Positions 1 through 13,200 of a stretch of 64,000 nucleotides of DNA are shown here, piece after piece (within the stretch, counting starts at the first letter, position 1; every line of letters starts with the position of its first letter). The notes beneath the pieces are model-generated. The model saw nothing but the letters and a program-made list of their open reading frames with translations, ran no database searches and was not told the origin of the DNA. Both the position numbers and the translations under genes were made by a program. Source of the stretch: Lama guanicoe. Its lineage: Eukaryota. The stretch is from assembly GCA_013239625.1 (NCBI GenBank), contig MU054212.1:2604001-2668000 (forward strand), written 5' to 3'.

Positions 1-442
1 CTGAAAGAAACTGAAACAAACTTTTCACATTTTCTGTTAACTTGCTTAGAGTATATGTACCTCAAAGTATTTTCAGATGCAAAAATATATTGCTTTAATG
101 CTGCCATTCTAGGAGCTTTTAGAAAATATATCTAGAGTATCACAAACATGCACCTTCACAAAATTAATACTGTGATAAGTGCTAAGAGTACACCTTTAAT
201 TTTAAAGCATGATAAATTACACCTGCAAGATGACTGTAGACTTTGATGAAATCAATACTCTAGTCCTTTTTGCTAAGTTGCTCAAAGAAATTGCAAGAAA
301 TAACCTTTCAGTTTGCTAAAATCTGAACTAAGTTTTAGAAGAAAACCTAATTAAGGAAGGAGGAATATAGTTATGAATAAACGTGATACTCATTGCTCTA
401 GTATTCCAGTGTTCGCAAGCCACCTCATAAACACCTACATTA

Positions 443-655
443 CAGACTGGCAAACTATGCCTGCAGTCTGAATACAGCCAGTGGCCTGTTTTTGTAAAGA
501 GTTTCACTGGAACACAGTCACAACCATTCATATTTTCTATAGCTGTTTCCATGCTTATGACAAGAGTTCAGTAGTTGAGACTGAGACCGTATGACTTGCA
601 AAAACTAAAATATTTACTCCCTGGCCCTTTAAGAAAAAAAGTTTGCCAACCCCTA
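443..655. mobile_element. hAT-Charlie MITE, MER58A-like
   Basis: Ends ggcaaact...agtttgccaacccct. Internal aaaatatttact...ctggcccttta motif recalled from the consensus. Confidence 0.75.
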
Positions 656-2396
656 ATCTACACATTTACTGGTATAAGTATCTAAGCATAATAAGAAAAC
701 GTCCAATGCTATTTAAGAAAATTAACTGCTGTTATCAATGGAATAAATACTTTATGTAAATGTCAGACAAATATATTAATATACACCTATGCAAAAATGA
801 CACCACTTAAATTTTAAAATTCCATGATGTAATAAATTGAATTATTTATAGCATCTTTAAAGTTCTGCTATTTAGAAAAATAACATTTTGGACAGAAAGT
901 TCATATTTAAAACAATATAAATTTCACATTTCAGGAAATACTCAGGACCAAAATAAAAATAACAGTGTTAAATTCAACTCAATTACTTAAAATGTATTTT
1001 AAAAATTAAACATTTATTTTCAGCAGCCTTCCTAACGTATAATATTTAACAACCTAGATTTCATTTCTTTTAAATATTGATAGTCGATAAATGTAGCTAA
1101 AGTTTTTACTTAAAAAGAACTTAATACAATGTCTACATGTGAAGGGAAAAAAAACCATTCTGAACAATTCAGGGCAAGAAAAACAGATTTTAAAAAATAT
1201 GTTGTTTTCTAACCAGAATTATCCATACATATCATTACCACTAACAAACATGTACTATGTATGCAGAATTCTACAGGTGAGTGAGTACTCTGCCTGTATG
1301 GGAAGAATTTCTGCAGAAAAAAGCCAGTGTCCTTACACCACCTATGCGTTACACACTGACAAAAAAGAGCAGACAAAATGATTTTTTAAATATATCAAAT
1401 TACATCTTGTTGCTAGCTTATATGAGCTTCTAGTCAAATGGTCCCAACACCTTAGCTGCAAGTTCTTAATTTCCTCAAGTTTGTGCTAAGTAGTTTACCT
1501 TAATTACATCAAGGGAGCTTAATATAAATGAAGATTTTGGCAAATCCTTCCAGACAAGACAAATCATTTTATAATGTGAATAACTACCTCTAATTGAGCC
1601 ATTTTATCTGTTTGGATTATGTTTTCTTCAATGCTATATCACAGAATTTCCAAACATACAGGAAAATTGAAAGAACTGCATTGTCAAAGCCTACTTGTAT
1701 GCTTGGATTAATACTAAGTACAGGAGTACATCTTTTACTGACCACTTTTTCACAAGCCACCTTCCCACTAAAAAATAAAAATACCGTTAAACTAAATAAC
1801 TAAAATTAAAATCTGGTTTCCAAATACCTTTCTGTTCTACTAACTCTATAAACAGCCTTATTATGCATATAATTTAACTTCCAAAATCTATCCCAAATGC
1901 AAATGCTAATGTACAGAAACCACAGTTCTTTGAGATGTATGCAACATTAACTAAGGTGATGAAACTTGGAAAAATACTCAAGAACTATATTCTTTTCTTA
2001 TTTATACAATGCATACAAGTAAACTGATGGGTAAACTTTATGGTATATGAATTAACTCAATAAAGCCGTTATTTAAAAAAGTAAATCAGTAACACTTGCT
2101 TTTCTGGTTCAAATGAACAATTCCAAATACAAAAGGATCCTTTTTCATATAAGAAAGGATTCCAGTGACAGAACATGATTCCTGATGGTACTAATGTAGA
2201 ATATCTAAACAAAATATATTTTAAAATAGATTATAAATTAATGCTACCATTGATGCTTTAGATTACTGAAGTGTTTCTAAATATGGAAGAAACATACTGT
2301 TAGTTTCTTCATTCTCATTGAAATGTTTTGAGTAGTTATCTACATTAATACTGGGCAGGGATAGAAAATGGGAAAGTTAACATTAGGAGAGATTAC

Positions 2397-2501
2397 CATC
2401 AGGGTAATATTGCTGGTTCATGCCTTCTGGAGGACCTTGTCCACCATGACTGTATTGGTCCCCATAATAGTCTTCCTGGCCTGAGTACTGCTGTGGTGGG
2501 C
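2397..2501 (-). CDS. SS18: SS18 coding exon 7 (GPPQQYSGQEDYYGDQYSHGGQGPPEGMNQQYYPD-G), 105 nt; gene continues left of the window
   Basis: Manual translation gives QPGY-domain sequence. Acceptor gtttttcag|GC, donor ATG|GTAATC. Confidence 0.97.
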
Positions 2502-3165
2502 CTGAAAAACCACAACCAGTCAAGACGTAAATAACTTGTTCTCTATGTCATCAAAGGCTTTCTTTCTAATCTCATGTTAGGAGAGATTATTTCTCAGCTG
2601 TTGATTCCCCTCCCAAAGCTCTGGCGTTTTAGAGACTTTTAACTATTCTTATACACACACATACATAAAAACACAGCAGCACCACACACCACATTTCACA
2701 AGAATTAATAATGTTAAGACTATACATGCAATATTAAACAATACCAACTCAAAAAAAACAAACATTAATTCTTAAAAAGGTTCAAACTGATAGAAAATTA
2801 ATTTCCTTTTTACTTTGGTATTAGAGCAGTTTGAAATAAATTAGGGTTTGTTTCTGATCATATATTTTAGTAACTACTCAAAAATAAAACAGTATTTTCT
2901 GCTGTAAATTCATAAGCTTTTGATACAGAATTTTATGATGTAGCCTTTTTCCAGAAAAGACTAAATAAAGCTATAAACCAGGAAGTTCATATCTACTTTA
3001 TGACCCTTTGTACCTACTGTGCCCACTACCTTTTAAGAAAAATAATAAAATATAATTTTAAAAATCAAGAAACAAAAAGCTCTGACTTTATCTAGATAAA
3101 AAGTTCATTTAAACATTTAAAGACTTTCAACTACTGTTAAAAAAATTATCCAAATGGAATCTTAC

Positions 3166-3333
3166 CCTGTTGAGGTGGTCTGTAGGGAGGAATCTGTCTC
3201 TGACCCATCATATGATTGCCTTGGTTAACTTGACCCATCATTCCCATAGGTGGCTGCTGGCCTTGGTAATGCTGCCCACCTCCCTGTGGCATATTGTATT
3301 GCTGAGAAGGAGGCTGCTGATGCATCATTGGAC
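3166..3333 (-). CDS. SS18: SS18 coding exon 6 (GPMMHQQPPSQQY...YRPPQQ-G), 168 nt, QPGY domain
   Basis: Overlaps ORF 3146..3370. Acceptor tctttttcag|GT, donor AGG|GTAAGA. Confidence 0.98.
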
Positions 3334-6300
3334 CTGAAAAAAGACAAATATTATGCACATTTTTTTGCACATAATTTTAACATATTAAGAGAAATTCAAA
3401 AATCTTTTATTATCATCTAATCCCTGAAATACGTAATTTATTGCAAAATAAACTGACTTCCAATAATAAAAAGAAATCTTTGAATTAAAGTTCACATGTC
3501 CAAAATAATCTGCAAACAAGGGAAAACAACTAACCCATGGTAGTTGATTTGAATTCCACTGGAGGAATATTTTACCAATTTGTGTAAAGACAGAGTAAAT
3601 ACAACATATGAACATCTTGAATGTATATATTTTTCTTTATGTAAGTATATTTATCTATATAATCTTTCTAGAAAAGACAGAATCCTTACGCCACATAAAA
3701 AAACATGCCAAAACAAAGTAAACCACAAAATCACATAGAAAATCAGCAGTTAAACCAAGGGAATGAAATCTGATTTCTGGATATCCACTTTTTTCCCCTT
3801 TTGCAATGCCCACTCATTATATAATGGTAGATAGAGAAACTACAAGAACATTTATAAATATACTACTTACATGGTGGAATTTCATAAAGTTAATTTTACA
3901 AACAAAAATGTAAGGGTCTTCTTTCCTTTTCCCAACTTTATAAACTAAAGATTTATAAACTAAAAAGGTCTTCTTGAAATCAAAGGGCTATACGTTGTTT
4001 CTTAATGAAGCTCTAACACACACAGACAAAATAAAGAAAAACACCCAGGCAGAGAACTACAATAATCCAAAGACTCAGAAACTAGAACTACGCAGTTTCC
4101 AAAGTGAGCAATATCAAGGTAGCCAAACTACCACTGACAAGGGATCACACTGGGAACAATGAAAATATATCACATGGTACAATCAACAAGGGCCACAGAG
4201 CTCTGTGGTGGGCCTGAAAGCAAGCAGCTCCTCAGAGGTTCACGGGGCTAAGTTACAGTATGGGGGGCTCACCCTTCTGCCATCATCACCACTGCTGTCT
4301 GAGAAGCGTGTATGAGTCCTTCCCCGGTTTACTGCTTACACAGCTACATACTCACTCCCCTTTTACTAACTTGGGGACAACTTAAGAAGAAAGAACAGGA
4401 GGCAAAGAACTAGAAAAGTTTTACTGGCAAACAATGACCAGACGAACCAAAAGCTCATTGTTTAATTATTGAAATAAAAATTTAAAACAAAGCATGCCCA
4501 CCTCTCTAACTATATTACTGACCTACAATAGCAGCAACAACGTAAGCAGAAAGAATTCACTCTTTTCCAATCTGAAGAACTGGCTGGTTGGTTATCTACA
4601 GAAGTATTTTAGCGGTGCTGTCTTCCTCTTATTTGCCTTCGCTGTTCTACTTCCTTCCAAATTCCTTTTTCGTTCTAATTTTATCATAAATATAATCCTT
4701 TCAGTTTACGCTGGGACTTTTCTTTCAACAAGGAAATAAAGTCTCACAAGTAGGGAGAAGGTGGCTGAGTGGAGAGTGGAGAAGAGAACTCAACAGTGAA
4801 TGCACTTAACACTGTCAGACACGCTTTCACATTTATTTCATGTAAACCGCTAACAACTACCAGAGGTAAGAATCCTAATTTTCAAGTTTTCAGCCAAGGA
4901 CTCCAAAGGTCAAGATTACATAAGCTAATAGATATCAACTGGGAATCAGACAGAACTCAAGTTTGATTTCAGAGCACGTTCATTCCATTATTCTTCACTG
5001 CCTCTATTCAAGCTACAGCAAATTTAGTAGTTCAGAAGCAAATTATGCAATAAAAAAAGATCCAAAACATTAACTAGTTTAACTGAGGTTATAATTTGAA
5101 AAGTATATTTTGTATATAGTAAAGTACTGAATACTAGCATTCATAATATAATAAGCAGCATGATTGGTCATTTACAGGATTCATTTCCAGTAAATGAAGG
5201 CTTTGTCTTATCTTTCTTCTCCAATACTGATTAAAGACCTCTTGTCTTGAGATAACTATAAAACTAAAGCATATAATATGCACTGGAACCGAAATTTAAA
5301 ATAAAGGAGGAAGAAAGCAAAACCATAATAGCCGGGGGAAAATCCAAAAGGATATGTAACAACAAAATTCTAAGCTTTGCTGTAAAGGAGAAAAGTAATT
5401 CTAGTTTAAGCCCGAGATAGAAAAGACCATGCCACTTGTGCTTTATCTTTTGGGACTGTCAGCAGTTCCAATCCCAGAGAGCTCAATTACCACCCTTCTT
5501 TTATTCTCTGTCACTTCTCTCCCTCTAAGGATCCTCAACATCATTCAGGATCAAGCCTAAAACCACAGAGAATGGAGGGGGACAGCACCGCTAAAACACA
5601 ATGCTTTCATCTTTTTCCTGGAAGCCTTATCCATTAAAAAAAATTATGACTTCAATTCTGATTGTTTAGGAAGCATATTGTTTTTCTTATGATAATGAAA
5701 TAAGCTACTGTGGCAAATAAATGTGTCTTATCCCTTGAGATATAATGGAAATAAGAGAGCTGTATTTCAAAAGGTTACCCCAAAGTAAGTTCTAAAAATT
5801 TGTGCTAGAGTGAAGATTACAAAATGAGTCTATTATAACCATTTTCTACAAACAGTGACATCACACGTTACTATATCCTTAAAAGTTATTCTTTCTCTTT
5901 TACATAAATCATTCTGATGCTAAGACGTACTACCAAGTGTGGTATCATATATACTAAGAACCTACTAATGTCTTAATTATCTGTAATATGCTTTTGGAAG
6001 TGTTTTAAAAGCACATTTAATACATGTATATCATCACATTTTTTCTTCCCATTTGGAGCTTTATACCCAAACAGATATTCTATGGAAACCATGTCCTATA
6101 TATTAAACACACATGAAATATTCCTAAATCACCATATTTTATATTACTGGAATTCTTTGCTCCTAAGAGACAGTTAATACTTAAGTTTTATCTCAAGTTA
6201 CTGTTCAAAAAGAAGAATTTTTTTAAAGACTCAACTATAAAGATAGCATTAAGTTTAAAATAATCTGTGAAGAATTTAGAATCATATAAAATTTCTATAC

Positions 6301-7266
6301 ATATATAAATATATATATGCACATATATTCACATCTTCAGATGCAAACCAATACACTAAAACTCTAAGCCATATCGTTAGTTGATGAATTATTTCAAATG
6401 AAGGTTAAAAAGGATAGCTAACAGCTAATGAGCACTTACTGTGGGCCAGGCACTAAGGGCTTTACGTCTATTATTTGTCTCCCCAGACTCTATGAAACAG
6501 ATAGTATTGTTATCAACCTCACTTTATCGGTAAGAAAATTCACCACATACAGCATTAAGAACCTTACCTAAAGCTGCACAGCTAGGAAATGGTGAGCACT
6601 GTAAAGCCGTGCTCTTCACCATTATGTGCACCTCTTCTCCAAAGTCAAGTCACACTTCTTCCATGTAGCATCTCCCAGGAAAACAGTTCCATGTAACATT
6701 ATCACTATAATATGAAAATCCTAGAATACGAGAAGTTTCTGCACCTCACCTGTGATCTCCGTGTTGTAAGACTGACCATGAAACCGCACAGATAAACCTT
6801 CCTCCAAGCCTATTTTCTTGTTCATATCATATCGCCTACCGTTCACACTTTACTGCTTGTTCCTTAACCATTCAGTCTCAAACTAAACCATTTATAGCTC
6901 TCATTTCAATCTATTACTAGTGGTTTATTTGCAAGAAAAAAAATTCTGATTCCAGTGAATTCAATTAGCTAACTCACTACCTATTAAATAGCCACTTAAA
7001 GTGAAAAGGATTCTTAACTTACCTAAAACATACATCCAACATCATCAAGAGTTTTAAGCAGTTCAAAATTAGACATTTAGATACAATACCAAGGATACTG
7101 TACCATAACTAACACAAACTTAGCTGAATTTCCTAGCAACCAATGAAGAACCATGATTGATTTTAGCTAGTAAAAAGAACAGTTCATTAAGACATACAAA
7201 GAGATACTTTTCATAACATGAAGGTTTTAGAGAAATCTCATGAAAGTATTAAAAAGTATTAAAATA

Positions 7267-7413
7267 GGGGGGAGGGTAGAGCTCAGGGGTAGAGTGTGTG
7301 CTTAGCATGCACGAGGTCCTGGGTTCAATCCCCAGTTACCTCCCTTAAAAATAAATAATAAATAAACCTAATTACCTTCCCCCCAATAAACAGAATTTTT
7401 TAAAAGTTAAAAA
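7267..7413 (+). mobile_element. tRNA-derived SINE (camelid Vic-1-like), full length
   Basis: A/B-box-like motifs (gagctcaggggtagag; gggttcaatcccc) and an A-rich tail. TSD aaaaagtattaaaa(t/c)a at 7251-7266 and 7414-7429. Confidence 0.88.
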
Positions 7414-7524
7414 AAAAAGTATTAAAACATAATAGTATCAATAACTTTTGTTATTGTCGTTTGTTTTTCTAGTAACACAGACCATCCTTACATGTAGTTC
7501 CTTACAGTAACCACTTCTTAAAGC

Positions 7525-7742
7525 TCTAATTTTCAACCCTGGTGATTTCATCCCCAGGGGAGATTTCAGTAAAGTTTGCAGACATTTTTGTTTGTCACAA
7601 CTGGTCTGGGGAGCTCCTACTGCCACCTAGTGGCCCCAGGACAGAAATATTCCTAAATATCTCACCATACACTGGACAGGCCTCCACAACAAAGAATTAT
7701 GCAGCTCAGAACGTCAATAGTGGTAAGTTAAGAAATCTTGGA
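7525..7742. mobile_element. hAT-Charlie MITE, MER20
   Basis: Recognisable segments gacatttttgtttgtcacaactgg and ccacaacaaagaattat...aacgtcaatagtg. Confidence 0.8.
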
Positions 7743-8269
7743 TTCTCAAGGGCATAATCCTAAATCATAGGCATCTCTGCAAACTAGTCTGAGAATCAAA
7801 TTATGTATTTAGCTTTCTGGTGAGTGAAAAATTGGGAAAGGGATATTTTGTAGCTTAATAAATCTGGCAAAGTAAAAGCTAGGCAATTTCTTAGTCAACC
7901 CTCTTAAACAGTTTCAACCATTTATATATGTATATGCTATATAATAATATACATATACACTACATGATAATATTAATTCAGAAACAAAGTCGCTGGTAAA
8001 CATCTACTGCAGACTGAAAGGAATTCCAAAAGCTCTAGATTTATGAGACATAAGTAGCAATTTGTTGTGAAAGTGAAGATCTTATCTTGCCCAAGGAGAA
8101 AACCATGGAGATGGGCTACACTAGAACTTATAGCTTTGTGTCATTTAGCAGGAAAGCTCAAAAGCTATGAATCATAAGGTACAGAAAAGATTACCCTGCC
8201 CAGAAAAATCTTCTGAGGGAATGGGCTGTAAATAAGCATGACTTGGAATACTTGTAAAATGTAATTTCT

Positions 8270-8392
8270 AAAATTTACCCTTAGAGATTCTGATTTAGCA
8301 GGTAAGGGGTGGAGCAAAAAAAAAAATCTTGTTTTAACAAGATCCCCAGGTGATTCTGATCTGGGTAGTCCTGGTGTTATACACTGAGATAG
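8270..8392. mobile_element. MER5A-like hAT MITE fragment
   Basis: agagattctgatt...ttttaacaagatccccaggtgattctgat. Confidence 0.65.
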
Positions 8393-8539
8393 AGTTCTAA
8401 GCAAAAGAGTAACCAGTCATTCCCTTTTACCATAAAAGAAACTAAATTATGGTTCATACAGAAAGTTTAAACTGGAGTAGAACTGCATCCCATGAGGGCA
8501 CCTACGGTGTTACCTATAAAACGCACCCTAAGGAGTATG

Positions 8540-9685
8540 TGTTAAAATCCAGTGACTGATACACAAGATTTGTACATTTCACTGCATGTAAATATTACCT
8601 AAGAAAAAACTATTAAAAGAGAAAAAAGCAAAACTTTAATTGAGCTCTAATAATATGCAGACTAAAGTGTTCATGAGTAAAGTGTACTCATATCTGCAAA
8701 TTACTCTGAAACGCATTTTGAAAAAGAAGATGCCATTAATGAATGAGATGGATGGACAGATGGATGATAAACAAATTTAGCAAAACATTAACTGTAGAAT
8801 ATAGGAGGCAACTATACAGGTACAATTCCTTCAGGTTTTCTGTATGTTTAAAATTTTGTATTAAAAAAACTGGGAGAAAAATTTAAAATTAATCCTAGAA
8901 GAATATATAAAGACTTCTCAAAACTCAACAGTGAAAAAACAATTCAACTAGAAAATGGGCAAAAGACACGATGAGACATTTCAACGAAGAGGATATACAG
9001 ATGGCAAATAAGCACATGAAAAGATGTTCAGTATCAGTAGCCATTAGGAAGATGCAAATTGAGACAACAGTGAGATGTTACTACACAGTTTTCGAGAGCT
9101 AAGATTAAAAAAATTGACAATACCAAATATTGGCAAGGATATGGAGAAAGCAGATCACTCATGCGTTGCTGGTGGGACAGTAAAATGGCACAATCAGTTT
9201 GGCAGTTTCTGAAAAATCTGAATATATACTTATCATACAACCCAGCAATTGCACCCTTGGGTGTTTATTCCACCCAGAAATGAAAACTTATTTTCAGATA
9301 AAAACATGATCATGTACACGATTGTTCAGAGCACCTTTGTTTGTAAAAGCCAAAAACTGGAAACAACCAAAATGTCCCTCACTAGGTGAATGATTAAACA
9401 AACTATGGTACATTCATACCATGAGATACTGCTCAGCAACAAAAAGGAACGAACCACTGATGACAACAACTTGAATAAATATCAATCATGCTGTATAAAA
9501 AAAAAATCTCAAAAGGCATGATTCCATTTATGTAGCATTCTTAAAGTGACAAAATTATAGAAATGGAGAAAAGAGTAACAGTGGTTGCCAGGGCTTAAAG
9601 ATGGTTGCAGGGAAGACACACAGGATCTCTCCACATTACTTTTGCAACTTCCTGTAAACCTATAATTATTTCAAAATAAAAAGTG
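8540..9685 (+). mobile_element. Old L1 3' fragments (L1ME-like, then an L1MB/MC-like ORF2 end and 3' UTR)
   Basis: Typical L1 ORF2 C-terminal sequence (aaaatgggcaaaagac...atggcaaataagcacatgaaaagatgttca...) with many disablements. Confidence 0.85.
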
Positions 9686-10574
9686 TTTCAAAATGAGTCA
9701 TAATCAAACTAAGTTTATAATCTGTTGGACAGAAATTCACCTAGATTCTGTCTCCCAAATCCAAAAGGTTTTGGTATGACTGACAATCATCTGTTTTATC
9801 TGACAGTAACTGACAAGTCTCTTCTTTGGTTCATTCCGGAAATGACAGTCTGTGGACGACAACAGTCTGTGGACGACACTACCACAGAGAAGGATGCTAG
9901 CGTTTTAATTTGTTATGGCAGCAGGAAATCTAACTAATCTATCAGTCAACAAATAGGATAAAACAGTGAACAAAACATGACAGAGCTCCTGAGTTAACAA
10001 AGCTTAAGAGTCTAAGGGAAAATAATTAAACAGATATTCACAAATAATTATGTAATTACAAGTACTCAAACAAAGACCCTAAGTACAGGCTATTTACTAT
10101 TCGTAAGTGGACAGCACCCTGTCTGTGGAGTAATTTAAAATTTATAGAGCAACGTTATAGGTAATTTTTATTTTATGTTCTATGCTTTTCTCTTTTTCCA
10201 GATTTTTCATATTAAACATTTTTATAACCAGAAAAATGTCATCATTGGGGAAAAAAATTACAACCTTGAAAAACTTACCCACAACAGCAATAATAATCAA
10301 ACGTATAAACAGAACATCTAATCTGAACTACAATGTAATGGCCGCACGTACCTAAAACTGTAACAAACAGGAATCTGCAGTATCAGCGATGTTGCACAGA
10401 TTTATCAATGTTAACAGTGAAGAGAGATGAGGGTACACATAATTCTCACTTTTTCAAATCCACTATAGTTGAAATCTTTCATTTGTAGATTTTCTATGTT
10501 GTACTTGAAGGAGAAAAATTCAGTACAATACCACAGTGCTTTTTTTATATTGAAGAGTTACTAAGTTTATTGAG

Positions 10575-11060
10575 GATTCTTAAGCTCCTGAACCTGGGTG
10601 GAGGGAGCTCTGGATCATGCCCAGAGGGACTGGAGACTGGAGAGTGAGATCAACAATGTGAGCAATCAATCAATCAATCAATCAAATCTACATAACGGAT
10701 CCCCAATATAAACTCTGAACACTGGGGCTCGGGTGAATTCCCCTGGTTAGCAATACTCTGTGCAAACTGTCACACACCAGGACAGCGGGAGAGAAACTGT
10801 GCCCAATATATCTGGATTTTTCCCTTGGCTGACATTAATTTGTATCCTTTGTCTGTAATAAATCATAAATCTTGAGTATAACAGCTTTCAGTGAGTTCTC
10901 TGAGTCTTCCCAGCAAATTACTGAACCTCAGAGTGGCTTTGGGAACCCTAAAACTTGTAATTGGTGTCAGATGTGAGGCCAATCTAAAGGACGAGTCTCT
11001 GCAACTCTATGGTTGGCTACCTTCAGAGGTGAGGGCAGTCCTGGGGACTGCGCTCTCAAA
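10575..11060. mobile_element. ERVL LTR, MER21-like, with an internal (AATC)n tract
   Basis: gagtataacagctttcagtgagttctctgagtcttcccagcaaattactgaacct...gggaaccc resembles MER21. Confidence 0.7.
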
Positions 11061-11084
11061 CTCTTTGCAGCAGCTTTAACGCTG

Positions 11085-12460
11085 CCCCTGAAATTGTTCC
11101 TTTCCTCTCTCTTGCAGCATCAATCTCCTCCTTTCCAATGGATCATTCCTATCAGTATACAGACATGACTTAGTATCCTCCCGTCTTCAAAATAATCCTC
11201 AACCTTACATCTTACTCCAGCTATTAATCCATTTTTGTTTTCCTGTAACAAAAAGTACTGAAAAAACTGTCTTTACTCACTATTATTACCAATTTTCTTC
11301 CCATTTTCTCTTAAATACACTGCAGCAAGGCTTTCGCCCCCATCCCTCCACCAAAACTGCTCACCAGTCATAAAATCCAATAATTAGTTTTCAGTCCTCA
11401 TCTTAATTGACCTATTAGCAGAATTTGACATGTTTAATAACCCCCCCCATTTTAAAATACTTTTTCCACTTAGCTTCTGACTACATTCTCTGGCTTCTCT
11501 TCCCACTCACGGGCTACTTATAATCAGTCTTCTGAGCCCGGGAAGGAATCTGTTATCTTCCCAAAGTCAAAATGTCGGAGTGCTCAGGGACTGAATCCTC
11601 AGTCCTCCTCTCCTCTATTTTTATTCATTCCTTAAATGATTCCTTCTAATCCAATGACTTTGAATTACCCAACCTCTCCCCTCAACTGTAGACTCATATC
11701 TCCAACTGCTATCTGATGTATCCACTTAGTGAATCATTCAAATTTAACATGTGTCAAACTAAAACCTTTTTATTCCCCTAAATTTGCCTTTCTCCTGGTC
11801 TCTTAATCTTAGTATATGGCAACACCATTCACCTGATTACTTTCACTGAAGTCATACTTAACTGTCCTGAACTACACATCCAATCCATTAACAAATCCTA
11901 GCAAACTATGGCAGCTCTACCTTCATATTATATGGTAAATATCCCCAAACTATTTCTCATTAGCTACATAGTATCACTCTATTCAAAGCCACCATCATCT
12001 CTTACTTGAATACAGAAAGCCTTTTAAAAGGGGTCCCTGCTTCCACACTTGTCCAACTACAGTCTGTTTCCTATACAGAAGCCAATGGTATCTTTTTAAA
12101 ACATACATTCAGATCATGCTATTCCTTTGTGGAAAAACTTGCTGGCAGTATCTCCACTTTCTCAGAATAAAATCTAAAACCCTTATGGACTACAAAACAA
12201 GGTCTTTCATGGCTTGGCTTTCAACTCTTAGATCTTCTTCCCACCTGCACTCACTCACCTTCAGCTAGACTGCTCTCTTTGCTATTCCTCAAATACACTA
12301 AGTATGCTCCAGCTCAGGGCTCTTGCTGGCAATGCAATGCTCTTTTCCCAGGTATCTGCTCACCACCCTGAAATAGCACACATATCCCCATCTTTCTCTT
12401 TCCCTTCACTTTGCTTATTTTTCTTTATAGCACTTATCATTATCTGACATACTTCTATCT
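11085..12460 (+). mobile_element. L2 LINE fragment
   Basis: CT-rich L2 ORF2/3' motifs (ccaccaaaactgctc; ccagactcatat-like segment; tttctttatagcacttatca). Confidence 0.8.
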
Positions 12461-12942
12461 TATATGAGTCTTTAGAAAGAACAGGAAGCTCTTCACAATA
12501 TTAGAAACTCAATAGCCTTTCACAAAATATATTCTGTAAAACTTCGTAGTCCTTTTAAGTTTCGACAGGAAATTTTAAACACTATCAAACAATCGTACTT
12601 TCCTCATTGATTATTAAGATCATTTTGGCATGATTTCAGCTGGCAAGGTCATTTGTCTGGAGGAGAATTTTAAAAGACAGAGTCAGAATTTCCTCACTGA
12701 TTAACACCCTATTCTTTCTTGAAAAGTAACTCTTATTTCTTTAAATCAGATCCCTATTTAGTCATTTTTATACAGTCCATTTTCTACTAAGAAAATCATA
12801 AATTATAAGAACAAAGCAAATATAACTGCTTTTATATAATATATAATGGCTTTACATAATATATAGTTTTATGTAACTGCTACAGCAAAAGAAAAAATCA
12901 TACATCAATATAAACTATCACATTTTTGAAAAAAACAGTTTA

Positions 12943-13200
12943 GGGGGGTACTGGGGAGGATGAATGAGGTGGGGAAGAAGATTAAGAACTACAGACTTCC
13001 AGCTATAAAATAAGTAAGTCATGGGATGTAATGTACACATAGAGAATATAGTCAATATTTAAAGAACTTTCTTCAGTGACAGATGGTAACTGGAGATGGT
13101 AACTTATCATGGTGATCATTTCATAATAGGTAAAAATAGCATATCATTGTTGTACACCCGAAACTAATATTCTATGTTAATTATAATTCGATAAAAGAAA
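12943..13200 (+). mobile_element. L1 3' UTR fragment (L1MA9-like)
   Basis: tacagacttccagctataaaataagtaagtcatgggatgtaatgtaca...tgtacacccgaaactaatat. Confidence 0.75.

Noticed and set aside
1..30. Acceptor-like gtttgtttcagtttctttcag at the window edge (minus strand), possibly for SS18 exon 8
   Set aside because: No exon sequence lies inside the window to confirm it.
7267..7345. tRNA-like A/B boxes (also in the other four copies)
   Set aside because: They are SINE heads with tails and TSDs, not tRNA genes.
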